Notes under the pieces: model-generated | Told to the model about the DNA's origin: nothing | The model's database searches: none | The model's input: only the letters and a program-made list of their open reading frames with translations | Origin: an uncultured Nitrospiraceae bacterium | GTDB lineage: Bacteria > Nitrospirota > Nitrospiria > Nitrospirales > Nitrospiraceae | Length of the DNA stretch: 64,000 bases | NCBI GenBank assembly: GCA_963706325.1 | Contig: CAVPLT010000004.1 | Coordinates: forward strand, 608,001 to 672,000 | Direction: 5' to 3' | Translations under genes and position numbers: made by a program | Part shown: in pieces, positions 20,622 through 29,986 of the stretch | Layout: each line of letters opens with the position of its first letter | How positions within the stretch are numbered: position 1 is the first letter of the stretch

Positions 20622-21551
20622 TCAAATGTTGAAATACTTTTCGATACTGATGTAGCGCTCGCCGGTATCGCACAGGATGGTGACAACGTTTTTGCCTGGC
20701 CCCAGTTCTTCGGCGATCTTTTGCGCGGCGAAGACGTTGGCGCCTGCGGAGATGCCGACCAGCAGCCCTTCTTTCTTCGCAAGCATTTTCGCGGTCTGAT
20801 AGGCTTCATCATCGGTCACGGTGATGACGCGATCGAGCAGCGACCGGTTCAACACCTTGGGGATGAAGCCGGCGCCGATGCCTTGAATCTTGTGGGGACC
20901 CGGATCGCCGCCTGACAAGACGGGGGATCCTGCCGGTTCAACCGCGATGATTTTGGACGCCGGATTGCGTTCCCTGATCACCTCGCCGCATCCGGTGATC
21001 GTGCCGCCGGTGCCCACCGCGGCGACGAACGCATCGACTCGTCCATCCAGCGCATCCACAATTTCCGGTCCGGTCGTTTTTCGGTGTATGTCCGGATTCG
21101 CCGGATTAGAAAACTGGTCCGGCATATAGTAGGAGGGATTTTGCGCGACGATGCTCTCCGCTTCCTTGATCGAGCCCTTCATCCCTTCCCAAGCTGCGGT
21201 CAGCACGAGCTGCGCGCCATAAGACGACAGCAGACTGGCTCGTTCCATACTCATGCTTTCCGGCATCACGAGAATGAGCTTGTACCCGCGCACCGCTGCC
21301 ACTAACGCGAGCCCAATGCCGGTATTGCCGCTGGTCGGTTCGACGATCGTTCCGCCCGGCTTCAGTTTTCCCTGCCGCTCCGCTTCATTGATCATGTTTA
21401 AGCAGATCCGGTCCTTGATGCTGCCGCCCGGATTGAACGATTCAACCTTGCCGTAAATCGTGGCGGCGCCTGGTTTGGTCAGCCGGTTGAGTCGGACTAA
21501 GGGAGTGCGGCCGATCAATTCCGTGATGTCTGCGTGAGCCTTGAGGGTCAC
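20622..21551 (-). CDS. cysK: cysteine synthase A
   Basis: NPGGSIKDR, EPTSGNTG, GTGGT, HKIQGIGAGF. Confidence 0.96.
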   Translation of the reverse strand: MTLKAHADITELIGRTPLVRLNRLTKPGAATIYGKVESFNPGGSIKDRICLNMINEAERQGKLKPGGTIVEPTSGNTGIGLALVAAVRGYKLILVMPESMSMERASLLSSYGAQLVLTAAWEGMKGSIKEAESIVAQNPSYYMPDQFSNPANPDIHRKTTGPEIVDALDGRVDAFVAAVGTGGTITGCGEVIRERNPASKIIAVEPAGSPVLSGGDPGPHKIQGIGAGFIPKVLNRSLLDRVITVTDDEAYQTAKMLAKKEGLLVGISAGANVFAAQKIAEELGPGKNVVTILCDTGERYISIEKYFNI

Positions 21552-21748
21552 CGGCCACCGCCCATGTAAAAAAGAAACTCCACGTGATCGCCGTCTTTCA
21601 GCTGCGTCGTGTCGAGATGCGTCCGTTCAAGCATGGTGTCATTGACCTCAACCGCAACCATTTGAGGTTCGATACTCTTGGCCTTCAAGAGATCCAGTAC
21701 GCTTCCGCCCGCGATGTCCTCAGACTTGCCATTGATCATGACCTGCAT
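21548..21748 (-). CDS. thiS: ThiS-like sulfur carrier ending GGG-R
   Basis: MQVMINGK...VAVEVN...DGDHVEFLFYMGGGR; overlaps the cysK start. Confidence 0.88.
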   Translation of the reverse strand: MQVMINGKSEDIAGGSVLDLLKAKSIEPQMVAVEVNDTMLERTHLDTTQLKDGDHVEFLFYMGGGR

Positions 21749-21773
21749 ATCTGCTCCTGAGAAGGTAAGAGTC

Positions 21774-21902
21774 TGACAGGATACTGAAAATGTCCGCCAG
21801 CGGCGTTCTCGCATCTCTCAGATCCTCAACGTACCGCAAGGGTACGCCTCGTCCCTTCGTTCGCTACGGCCTTGCTGGACGGCCATTTTGAGCATCCTGT
21901 CA
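21774..21902 (+). repeat. ~125-bp repeat, copy 3
   Basis: TIR TGACAGGATACTGAAAA / TTTTGAGCATCCTGTCA. Confidence 0.9.
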
Positions 21903-21989
21903 AAAGGGATTCTTGTTGCGCAGTAAGCGCAGACCCCTCGACGGTTTTTGATTCGACGCGTTTGCCTGAAACTGCTAAAGAATTTCAAC

Positions 21990-22019
21990 ACGTTAGCAAA
22001 CGGGTTCTTGATTTGTCAA
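21990..22019 (-). promoter_or_regulatory. candidate sigma70 promoter for the thiS-cysK operon
   Basis: Minus strand TTGACA-18 nt-TAACGT with a TG extension. Confidence 0.4.
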
Positions 22020-22141
22020 GGCAACCGGCCCCGGTGAGTCGATGCGAATGGCGCTTCAACAGAGGCGGGCGTGAGGGGCTGCCGCTTTCTTGACTTTCAC
22101 CATGCCTAGCTTACAGTATGCGCCGGTCCGGAGGGTAGGGA

Positions 22142-22519
22142 ATGTGGAAGAAAAATTTCTTGTTTCGCGCGCACGAGGCGGCGCCCCTGAAGGAGTCGGA
22201 AAACGAACTCTTTCATGACACGGAACCGGCATTAGACAGTGCCGGGCTTCAAATGGAAAAGTTTCTCTCGGTCTGGGTGCAGGGTGAAGGGGAAGATGAC
22301 AGCCCCACGATGTACACGAATTTGTATGTCCGCACGGCCACCTTGGATTTCCGCACGCGTGCCGGCTTTCTCCAGCCGTTGCAAGGCCGCACACACCAGA
22401 TTAAACAGCTTTTGACGCCTGAGCAGAAGGGATTTTTGCGTGAGTGGTTGTCGAAAACCTCCCCTCAAGCGTGGGAAGAGTCCGACGATCATTTTCGAAC
22501 TTTGTTCGACCTCGAGTGA
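22142..22519 (+). CDS. hypothetical protein, 125 aa
   Basis: GGAGGGT RBS; candidate TTGACT-16-TACAGT promoter at 22090-22117. Confidence 0.75.
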   Translation: MWKKNFLFRAHEAAPLKESENELFHDTEPALDSAGLQMEKFLSVWVQGEGEDDSPTMYTNLYVRTATLDFRTRAGFLQPLQGRTHQIKQLLTPEQKGFLREWLSKTSPQAWEESDDHFRTLFDLE

Positions 22520-22527
22520 TCCGTTCG

Positions 22528-22652
22528 GCAGGATGTTGAAAAAGTCCGCCAGCTTTGTTCTCACGTCGCTCAGACCCTCAACGTACCCAGAGGGTACGCC
22601 TCGGCTCCTCGCTCGCTGCGGCCTCGCTGGACGGCCATTTTGAACATCCTGC
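22528..22652 (+). repeat. ~125-bp repeat, copy 4
   Basis: TIR GCAGGATGTTGAAAA / TTTTGAACATCCTGC. Confidence 0.9.
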
Positions 22653-22738
22653 TATGCATCTGGTCTTAGCCGTGGCGCTCATCAGTTTCCCATTTCGAAC
22701 CTCTCGAAATGATAATTCAACAGCCAACTAGTCCCTGC

Positions 22739-23284
22739 ATGAGTCGTCCGCCCTCCCTTCAACGGTTCGTCTGGATCATCGTGGGGCTGATGTGCTTGGT
22801 ACAGACTCCGGTCTGTGCATCTGGCACGATTGATGTGTACTATGCCCCCGAGGACCAGCCCATCGATCATGTCGTCCGCCTCTATACCCATGCGACCCGG
22901 TACATCTATGTGTCGGTCTATGCCCTGACGGCGCCATCAGTGGTCAAGGCGCTGGTGGAGGGCAAACGCCGTGGGCTCGACATCCGCGTCATCACGGATC
23001 GGGAACGGCTGAACGATCCGAAGCAGCATAGCGCCGTGAGCGCCTTGCGACTCGCCGGCATCCCGATCAAGGTCAACCGGCATGACGGGCTGATGCACTT
23101 GAAGCAAGTGGTCATCGACGATGTGATCAATGTATCCGGCTCGGCGAATCACACCACGAGCGGCAATCGCTATAATGACGAACGGCTCGATGTCATCACC
23201 GATGCGCGCTTGACGGCGAAAGCGCGTGAGAAGTTCTTGGCCATGTGGAGTGACCGGACGCGATTTGAGTTCTGGACGGAATAG
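22739..23284 (+). CDS. PLD-family (Nuc-like) exported nuclease/phospholipase
   Basis: Signal peptide; single HxK motif MHLKQVVID plus GSAN. Confidence 0.85.
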   Translation: MSRPPSLQRFVWIIVGLMCLVQTPVCASGTIDVYYAPEDQPIDHVVRLYTHATRYIYVSVYALTAPSVVKALVEGKRRGLDIRVITDRERLNDPKQHSAVSALRLAGIPIKVNRHDGLMHLKQVVIDDVINVSGSANHTTSGNRYNDERLDVITDARLTAKAREKFLAMWSDRTRFEFWTE

Positions 23285-23296
23285 ATCGAGGCGCGC

Positions 23297-24568
23297 ATGG
23301 GCAGTACAATGATTGAAACCGATGTGGCGATTGTCGGCGCGGGCGGCGGCGGCGCGGTCCTGGCCTTGATGCTGGCCCAGCAAGGCGTGCGGTCACTGGT
23401 ATTGGAGCGGGCGGCGGGACCGCCGCAGGGATTGCGCGGAGAGCTGTTGCAGCCGAATGGCCAGCGGGTGTTGGATCGGCTTGGGCTCCTGAATACACTT
23501 CCTGCTGAGGCGACCCGAACGATCCGGCGGTTTAATTTTTGCCGCGCGGGCGGCGAACGGCTCTGCACGGTCGACTATGGCGATTTGCCGGCCCCGTACA
23601 ATCGCGCCGTGGTGACGCTTCCGAACGTGGCGCACCATGCGATTCTCGATGCGTTGGAAAAACACAATCCCGGTGCACTCTGGTACGACGCGACCTTTAC
23701 CGGACTCAGATTCGACGCGTCGCGAGTGATCGGTCTGCAGGCGGAGCGCCACGGAGAACCGGTGAACGTCTCCGCACGATTGGTCGTCGGGGCAGACGGG
23801 GCTTTCTCCAAAGTGCGGGACTGTCTCGGCCTCACCACGCAGCTGCATCGCTATTCGGAAGGGTACCTCATTGCCATCATCGACGCGCCTCACGTCACAC
23901 TGGACGAAGCTCGTTATCTGGTAGGCAGGCATCAGATCTTGGGATTGTTCCCCGCCGCCGGAGGCAAGATCTATGTGTTCTACATGATTGAGGCCGGATC
24001 GTACGAAGCGATCAAGGCACGCGGACTCGACGCATTGCGCCAGACTTGGGTTCGTATCGATCCCGGGATGGAGGCCATCGTGCCTGGTCTGGTGGATTGG
24101 AGTCAGACTGGTTACATGCCGACGGGACGCGTCAAAACAGATCGATGGGTCGCGGATGGAGCCCTGCTGATCGGCGATGCGGCCCACGCGATGAATCCGC
24201 ATGCCTCGCAAGGACGCATGCAGGCCATGGTGGACGCGGTGGTGGTGGCCGATCTCATCCCTGGCTGGCTGAAGACGAATGATTTCTCGGCTGATGCGCT
24301 TCGCACGTTCGAAATGGCCCGACGCCCGCAGGTCACCATGTTGCAACGATTGGCAGATGAGCAGGTACGGTTCTGGAATACTGGGAACCCCCTGCTGGCC
24401 TATTTACGAGATCGGGTGTTTCGTACACTCGATCACAATGCGCGGCTGCGTTATCGCGTGCTTTCCACGACAGCAGGCCTGCGAAGCAAGCCGCCCTTTT
24501 CTTTGTTGGATCGGGTCATGGCTGCAGGATTGTTGCCTGACCCCCGCGCACATCTAACAGATTGCTAA
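23297..24568 (+). CDS. FAD-dependent monooxygenase (UbiH-like family)
   Basis: GAGGGG, VGADG, LIGDAAHAMNP. Confidence 0.9.
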   Translation: MGSTMIETDVAIVGAGGGGAVLALMLAQQGVRSLVLERAAGPPQGLRGELLQPNGQRVLDRLGLLNTLPAEATRTIRRFNFCRAGGERLCTVDYGDLPAPYNRAVVTLPNVAHHAILDALEKHNPGALWYDATFTGLRFDASRVIGLQAERHGEPVNVSARLVVGADGAFSKVRDCLGLTTQLHRYSEGYLIAIIDAPHVTLDEARYLVGRHQILGLFPAAGGKIYVFYMIEAGSYEAIKARGLDALRQTWVRIDPGMEAIVPGLVDWSQTGYMPTGRVKTDRWVADGALLIGDAAHAMNPHASQGRMQAMVDAVVVADLIPGWLKTNDFSADALRTFEMARRPQVTMLQRLADEQVRFWNTGNPLLAYLRDRVFRTLDHNARLRYRVLSTTAGLRSKPPFSLLDRVMAAGLLPDPRAHLTDC

Positions 24569-24724
24569 AAACGCCCGCCGGCGGAGTCTCGCCTCGTTCA
24601 GGCCCTCAACGTGCCCTGTGGGAAAAGAGCCTGGCGCGGCAGGCGGGAGCGGTGGGTCAAGAGCGTGACGCCTCGGCTCTTCACTTGAGTGCGGCCTTGC
24701 TGTACGCTCATTGTGAGCATCCTG
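24558..24724 (+). repeat. repeat copy 5, with an expanded central loop
   Basis: Shares CTCAACGT..GCCTCGG..GCGGCCTTGCTG..GAGCATCCTG; ~45 nt extra internally. Confidence 0.7.
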
Positions 24725-24857
24725 AGGGATGTTTTCTATGGTGCTGGGTGTGTACGCTATTGGATATATATGCGCGCAGAAAGCGTCCGTAGCCGGCTGC
24801 GATCGGCAGAAGGAGAGCGAACAGGATGAATTCCATACGACGAAGACTGAGGTACTT

Positions 24858-25616
24858 GTGACACAACCTGCCGCGCTGGATGTTCCATCGGAGGTTCAGC
24901 AGCTCCTGCAACGGTACGTAAAAGAAACCACCGCATTGCTCGGCTCACAGTTGGAGGGTATCGTGTTGTATGGAAGCGCCGTGCGCGGCGAGTTCCTGCC
25001 GGGCCGCTCCAACATCAACCTCCTTCTCATGGTTTCAGGGTATGACCGCGAAGGCTTGAAGCGTTATGCCAAGACGCACAAACGATGGAGCCGCGAACAG
25101 TTCGTCGTGCCCCTCGTGCTGACCGAACCTGAGCTCACCAGACCCGGCCTGGTCTTTCCACTCGAATACCTCGAAATACAAGAACAGCATCGCGTCCTCT
25201 GGGGGCGAGATCCCTTCATCGGCCTGCACATCGACCGAACGCATTTGGCCTACCAAGTCCGGCAGGGGCTTCACGGAAACCTGGTGCGACTGCGGCAGCG
25301 ATTCATCGAGGGCGGTGGCACGGAAGAAGCGATCGCCATGTTATTGCCGCTCTCACTCACCGCCCTCTTGCCCTGCCTGAGAGGTCTGCAACGATTGGCC
25401 GGACAGCCGCCGTTGTTTCAGTCGGACGCCCTTCTCGCGGGAATTCAAACCATGACCGGGATCGATCTCGCCGGGCTGACCGATGTGCTCCATTTGAAGC
25501 GCGGCATCATTACTCCAGGTCCGGTGGAAGTGCCGCGGTTGTTTGATCGGTATGCCGCGAACCTCGACGCGCTGATCGCACTCGTTGGGCCGGACGGCAG
25601 AGTGGCCCCACGATGA
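24858..25616 (+). CDS. nucleotidyltransferase-domain protein (TPM/LemA-associated type)
   Basis: LYGSAVRGEF..SNINLL, FPLEY; overlaps the TPM gene. Confidence 0.75.
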   Translation: MTQPAALDVPSEVQQLLQRYVKETTALLGSQLEGIVLYGSAVRGEFLPGRSNINLLLMVSGYDREGLKRYAKTHKRWSREQFVVPLVLTEPELTRPGLVFPLEYLEIQEQHRVLWGRDPFIGLHIDRTHLAYQVRQGLHGNLVRLRQRFIEGGGTEEAIAMLLPLSLTALLPCLRGLQRLAGQPPLFQSDALLAGIQTMTGIDLAGLTDVLHLKRGIITPGPVEVPRLFDRYAANLDALIALVGPDGRVAPR

Positions 25617-26350
25617 AGATGCGAGCAGCCGTTAAAATGTCTGTCGCTGCGATACTGTGGTGCGCGCTCTTGTTGGCGGCGCCTCCGGCTGGTCACGCGC
25701 GGGAGCCTGTACCGGCCTATGACCCACAGGGGTATGTCAGCGACCATGCCGGGGTGATCGATGCGGAATGGCGCGAACGGATACGGTCGGTGTGTCAGGA
25801 TCTTGAGCGGAAGACAGGCGTGGAGATGGTAGTGGTGACCGTGCCCTCGTTGAAGCCCTACGGCTCGGCCAATGACTATGCATTGGGTCTCTACCAGAAG
25901 TGGGGCATCGGGTCGGCCCAGGATGAACATGGAGTGCTTGTCTTACTGTCCGTACAAGAGCGCCAGGCGGCCGTGACGATGGGACGGCGCATGCTGCCGG
26001 TGATGGGTGGGAAGGTCGTGGGGCAAGTCGGTCACGACTATCTCGATCCGGCTATTAAAAATGGTCATTTCGGCGAAGGGCTCTATCGTACCGTGGTTGG
26101 ATTGGCCTCGGTGTCACAAGAGATTCGCGTCGGCTCTATCAAGAAGACGCATTTTCGCGGACTCGGCTTTTGGATCACGCTTTTCACCGTCAGCGGAGCG
26201 CTCTGGTTTCTCTGGTGGCTCAGTCGCCCCGATCTACGGCATCCCTATGCGCGCCTGCGGCGCGGAGAATATTGGGGCAGCGGGCAAGGGGGGTTCGGCG
26301 GGAACTTCGGCGGCATGGGCGGAGGGACGAATGGGGAGGGGTGGAAGTAG
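25613..26350 (+). CDS. TPM-domain membrane protein
   Basis: GYVSDHAGVI, KWGIG..GVLVLL, Gly-rich tail. Confidence 0.88.
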   Translation: MKMRAAVKMSVAAILWCALLLAAPPAGHAREPVPAYDPQGYVSDHAGVIDAEWRERIRSVCQDLERKTGVEMVVVTVPSLKPYGSANDYALGLYQKWGIGSAQDEHGVLVLLSVQERQAAVTMGRRMLPVMGGKVVGQVGHDYLDPAIKNGHFGEGLYRTVVGLASVSQEIRVGSIKKTHFRGLGFWITLFTVSGALWFLWWLSRPDLRHPYARLRRGEYWGSGQGGFGGNFGGMGGGTNGEGWK

Positions 26351-26352
26351 GG

Positions 26353-26454
26353 AAGGGGCGCAGTCAGGCGGTCCTTCTTGCTCGCAGAACGCGCAGGATG
26401 AAACTGTGCCCTCGTTCGATGCGCGCAGGGAAGGACCGCCCGACCACGCCCCTT
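26353..26454. repeat. long imperfect hairpin (second REP-like family or terminator)
   Basis: 25-bp arms 26353-26377 and 26430-26454, 22/25 complementary. Confidence 0.65.
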
Positions 26455-26643
26455 ATGGGATAGGGGAATGTCGCCGGACGCGCGCAGTAGGAGACAAGCG
26501 GGCCACCCTTATGAGTGGAGCATAAAAAGAGATCGAAGAAATCATACGGATTGGGTGCTGGTATAGCACCGTGATGATTTCCTCGGGATCGCAAAGTGCT
26601 GGGCAAATCAGCTGCATCTAAAGGTACCTAATTAGGCTTTCAT

Positions 26644-27226
26644 ATGTCAGATACGCCAGCGTTCTCCGAATTTGCCGATGATGAGCATCGCGCGCAAGCT
26701 GAGGAATGGTTTCTCGAGCTTGGCCGCTTCACCGATGGGTTTGAACGCGTGTGCGAAGGCATGCGTCACACAATAGTCTGCATGTTTCAGTCAGAAGGGC
26801 TGCAGCATCCAGGTCTAGCAAAAGTTGTCATTGGCGAAAAATCGTCAGCCGAGTTACAAGTTCTTGTTGGTGCTCTCTTTGCCGAACTTCTAGGCCGAAC
26901 TGATGAGGCCGATCTCGAGGCAATTCGCGCATTGCTGAAGGAAGTGAAAATGCTAACCCAGGCAAGGAATGTTGTTATTCACAGCGCGTGGAGGTTCGGA
27001 CCAAACGCCGCTTCATCAGAGCTTTATGCAACGGCGATTCGCCCAAGAACCAAGCAGAACACTGGAGCTATGCCAGAGATCCAAGGCACTTCAGCGCCGT
27101 ATTTGCGACACCTCATGCGGCAATCGTCTAATTTAGAAAACTAAACTCATTCGGTTGCGAGGCTGTATTGCTCGGCAAGGCCTAAAAATCTCCACCGAGC
27201 TTTCAGAAAGTGATGGCGCCGGATGA
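26644..27226 (+). pseudogene. helical protein with HEPN-like RxxxxH motif; probable frameshift at ~27138
   Basis: ARNVVIHSAW; removing one A from GAAAACT extends the frame to TGA at 27226. Confidence 0.5.
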
Positions 27227-27476
27227 GCAATTGCAAGACGGATCCGAACTGGCATTTCGACACTGGCTCATTCAAGCGTGAGATTGCAGTGATACAGCGC
27301 ATTTTATGGCAATCAGAGGATTTGGGAAGATCATTCCCGCAAATCCTCACAAGCTTGGATCGAGTAATATGCACCGTATACGGATACCAGCCTAATGATC
27401 TCCCAACGGCTAGAATTGCATCTCGAAATGGTAACGGTGTTCTACCGGCGTATACCGCATATATTGGCAACTCGCA

Positions 27477-27865
27477 TTAGCCCTGCAACTGCGCCATCAT
27501 CGCGGCTGGGTCCCAGTAGCCCCACATCGTTTGGATTTTTCCTTCCTGGCTGATCTCGAACACATCGATGCCTTCGAAGATCGACCTTCCTGTCCGTTCT
27601 TGCCGGTGCCACGGCCGGTGAACTTCACCGCGACCCGGTTACCAGACGAGAAGACATGATCCTCCCTCAGATCGATTGCTTGGAAGGCTGTGAGAACCCC
27701 CGCGAGAAATTGGCGTAGGGCAGCATGGCCTTGCAAAGGCGCGGGCGCTCCCGGTTCGTAGCCGGTTGCCTGCTCCGTGAAGCAAGCCACCCATGCGTCC
27801 GGGTCCATGCGTCGGATTGTGGCGAAATACTGGCCCACCACTGCCGGGATTATCTGTGCTGCCAT
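27477..27865 (-). pseudogene. SnoaL/NTF2-like protein, frameshifted at ~27580
   Basis: N-part ...VAVKFTGRGTGKNGQE; the C-part IFEGIDVFEISQEGKIQTMWGYWDPAAMMAQL is in another frame. Confidence 0.8.
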
Positions 27866-28116
27866 GCGTGATCCTCCTATCCGTTCAATCCATGCGCTAT
27901 TGTCGGAACGCATGTCGGGAACTTAGACCGTCATATGGATTACGAGGACAAATCCTATTTTAGATTTGTTCCTCATTTAGTGATATGTCTTCGCTCTTGG
28001 TTGGCGCTTAAAATAGGATTGAGGCTTAAAAATAACAATACGATGACAGCGAGATGTGCCCGGCTTGTCATATGTCACGCACCTTGATGGGCTGCCATTC
28101 GAGATATGAGCGCTAT

Positions 28117-28473
28117 ATGATCGTAGAAGTTGAACCGAATGAGAATTGTGACAGCAGCTTCTTTGCGAGGTTTAAGGAAGCCGGTCCTGCCAGACCAGTG
28201 CTGCAGGTGCGGCTTTCTGACAGAAATCCGGCCGGTGAATGGTGTTGGCTCACTGGCTGGAGCGATAACCAGCAGGCGCCTGTCTGCCAGGCCTATGCCC
28301 AGCTGATTGAAGATTCGGGATCGGGGTTAGCGTACGTCGTGTTTGGCGGGCTCTTTGGTCTTCGGTTCAGACCTATCGCCCTGGACGAGCCTTGGGACCT
28401 CGAGAGCTCGCATCAATGGGGAGAGGCGTATCTTTTGCTGGCCGATGGTCGTGATCTGCGCTACGCAGACTAA
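28117..28473 (+). CDS. hypothetical protein
   Basis: Trp-rich ORF MIVEVEPNEN...; no motif recognised. Confidence 0.65.
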   Translation: MIVEVEPNENCDSSFFARFKEAGPARPVLQVRLSDRNPAGEWCWLTGWSDNQQAPVCQAYAQLIEDSGSGLAYVVFGGLFGLRFRPIALDEPWDLESSHQWGEAYLLLADGRDLRYAD

Positions 28474-29086
28474 CTTCCCCCGCCTCCCTTGATGCCTATC
28501 CAGCACGTAGACAGCGGCTTCAGAGAGGTCCTGCAACAGACGATCGATGCTGTTACGACTGGAGAGTTGCTTCCTTCACGTCGGCCCCTGTCGGCTCACT
28601 ACAGCGGAGCCATTCTCCCGGCCTTGGCTTGGTCCATGCTGCTGTCGGTGATATCGCGCTCATGCCCTGGCTTCACTGTGACACGGTCGAGTGAAAACTC
28701 GGTCTGCGCGAGGCGTTCCGTCGCATTAAGCAGGAGGGGATATCCGATGACATCTTCGGTGCGTATTCATTCTTCCTGATCCTTCTGAAGTTCGCCAAGA
28801 TGCATCTCAGGGTGCTTTGAACCGCGCGGTTCCGTCAGTCGTGGGGCGTGGGATTCAGTATATGAAACAAGGTCGCGTTCAAGTTCCGAATGTCTCGGAG
28901 CAAGTTTCCGACGTACTTGAGTGCAGGTCTGGACTCGTCGGGGTCATCGTAGCGATGAACTCCGTATGGAGCTGCGATGTGCCCCGATAGCAGGGAACCA
29001 ACCTATGTCTCTCCGGAGGACAAACGAATATGGGGCACTGGCAGCTCAGGCGCTCAGAGAAAGCGTTGCAAGAAGTGGGACCTTGC

Positions 29087-29121
29087 GCTCCATGAAGCCG
29101 AATGGTCTGGCTTCATGGAGC
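29087..29121. terminator. hairpin downstream of 29140-29736
   Basis: GCTCCATGAAGCC-9 nt-GGCTTCATGGAGC, perfect 13-bp stem; no U-tract. Confidence 0.5.
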
Positions 29122-29139
29122 TGCACGGGTCATGGTGGA

Positions 29140-29736
29140 TCAGGCTTTCTTCTTTGTGCTCTTGGCTTTCACACCCTTGGGGGATTTTCCTCGGGATACG
29201 GAGCCGAGTGGCATGATCCGAGCGCGTATTAGGTAGGAGGCGATTTCAGGAAATCGCGTGCCGGCCGGCCCCGCCGGATTACTGTCGGAATAGGAGCTGG
29301 TAGGATTGTTTTTGAACAGCCAGAGTTGCACGACACTCATCGGCATCATCGCAGTGGGGACCCCGGGGCCTCGAAACTTCATCATGCCCTGTGTCTGAAC
29401 CAGGACTGAGCCGCTGTTGCTCGATGAATTCAGTGCGACGCCGCCCATCAATTCGATGAGGGTTTCCATCGCCACGTGATTGCTTTGAGGAAAGGGTACG
29501 ACCTGCGAGATGCCATACTTTGTAATTCCGGCATGTTGGTGCAGCAGGCTGATTTCCTGGCCGGTGGCGTAGCGAAAGCCGTAGGTGGTGGTGTAGCCTC
29601 CGGCGCCACCTAATACATCCAGATAGGACAGATTAGTTGTCGCACTCAGGCTGAGCCATTCGAGATTGGTCTCAGTGTCGAACGTAATGAGACGGTCACC
29701 GGTCGCGGGAACAAGATTCTGCTGAACAAGAGCCAT
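29140..29736 (-). CDS. DUF1566/PEP-CTERM-passenger-like protein, paralog A
   Basis: GDRLITFDTETNLEWL...GFRYATGQEI...SYLIR; AGGAGGT RBS. Confidence 0.7.
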   Translation of the reverse strand: MALVQQNLVPATGDRLITFDTETNLEWLSLSATTNLSYLDVLGGAGGYTTTYGFRYATGQEISLLHQHAGITKYGISQVVPFPQSNHVAMETLIELMGGVALNSSSNSGSVLVQTQGMMKFRGPGVPTAMMPMSVVQLWLFKNNPTSSYSDSNPAGPAGTRFPEIASYLIRARIMPLGSVSRGKSPKGVKAKSTKKKA

Positions 29737-29856
29737 TTCGGTACCTCCTACGGCTTGTGGCGGCGTGGACGACTGTGTCACGTCGATTGCCAGGGTCTAT
29801 GCGATTCATGTGCCAATCCGTCTCCAGGCGATTCTTTCCTGAGCCGGGAAGCCGGC

Positions 29857-29892
29857 GCTCCATGAAGCCGATTCTTTCCTGCTTCATGGAGC
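29857..29892. terminator. hairpin downstream of 29987-30544 (same stem as 29087)
   Basis: GCTCCATGAAGC-12 nt-GCTTCATGGAGC. Confidence 0.5.
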
Positions 29893-29986
29893 TGACAAAC
29901 GTGCCGTCGATGAGGCGTCTTTCTCCGCGTCATGGGCTTTGGCCCGATCAGCAAAGTTGCCCCAAAAATGCCTCCATGGCCATGAG

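Noticed and set aside
21750..22140. SAM riboswitch upstream of the sulfur operon
   Set aside because: No SAM-I core recognised; the leader is occupied by a repeat copy. An Rfam scan would be decisive.
20316..24724. Clustered repeats as a CRISPR array
   Set aside because: Units are ~120 bp, diverged and separated by whole genes; no regular spacers and no cas genes.
24858..27226. Nucleotidyltransferase plus HEPN-like gene as an MNT-HEPN toxin-antitoxin pair
   Set aside because: The NTase is the longer type translationally coupled to a TPM gene, and it is separated from the HEPN-like ORF by that gene and a hairpin.
28480..29080. Coding genes in this interval
   Set aside because: Only short conflicting ORFs without an RBS or motifs; possibly decayed sequence.
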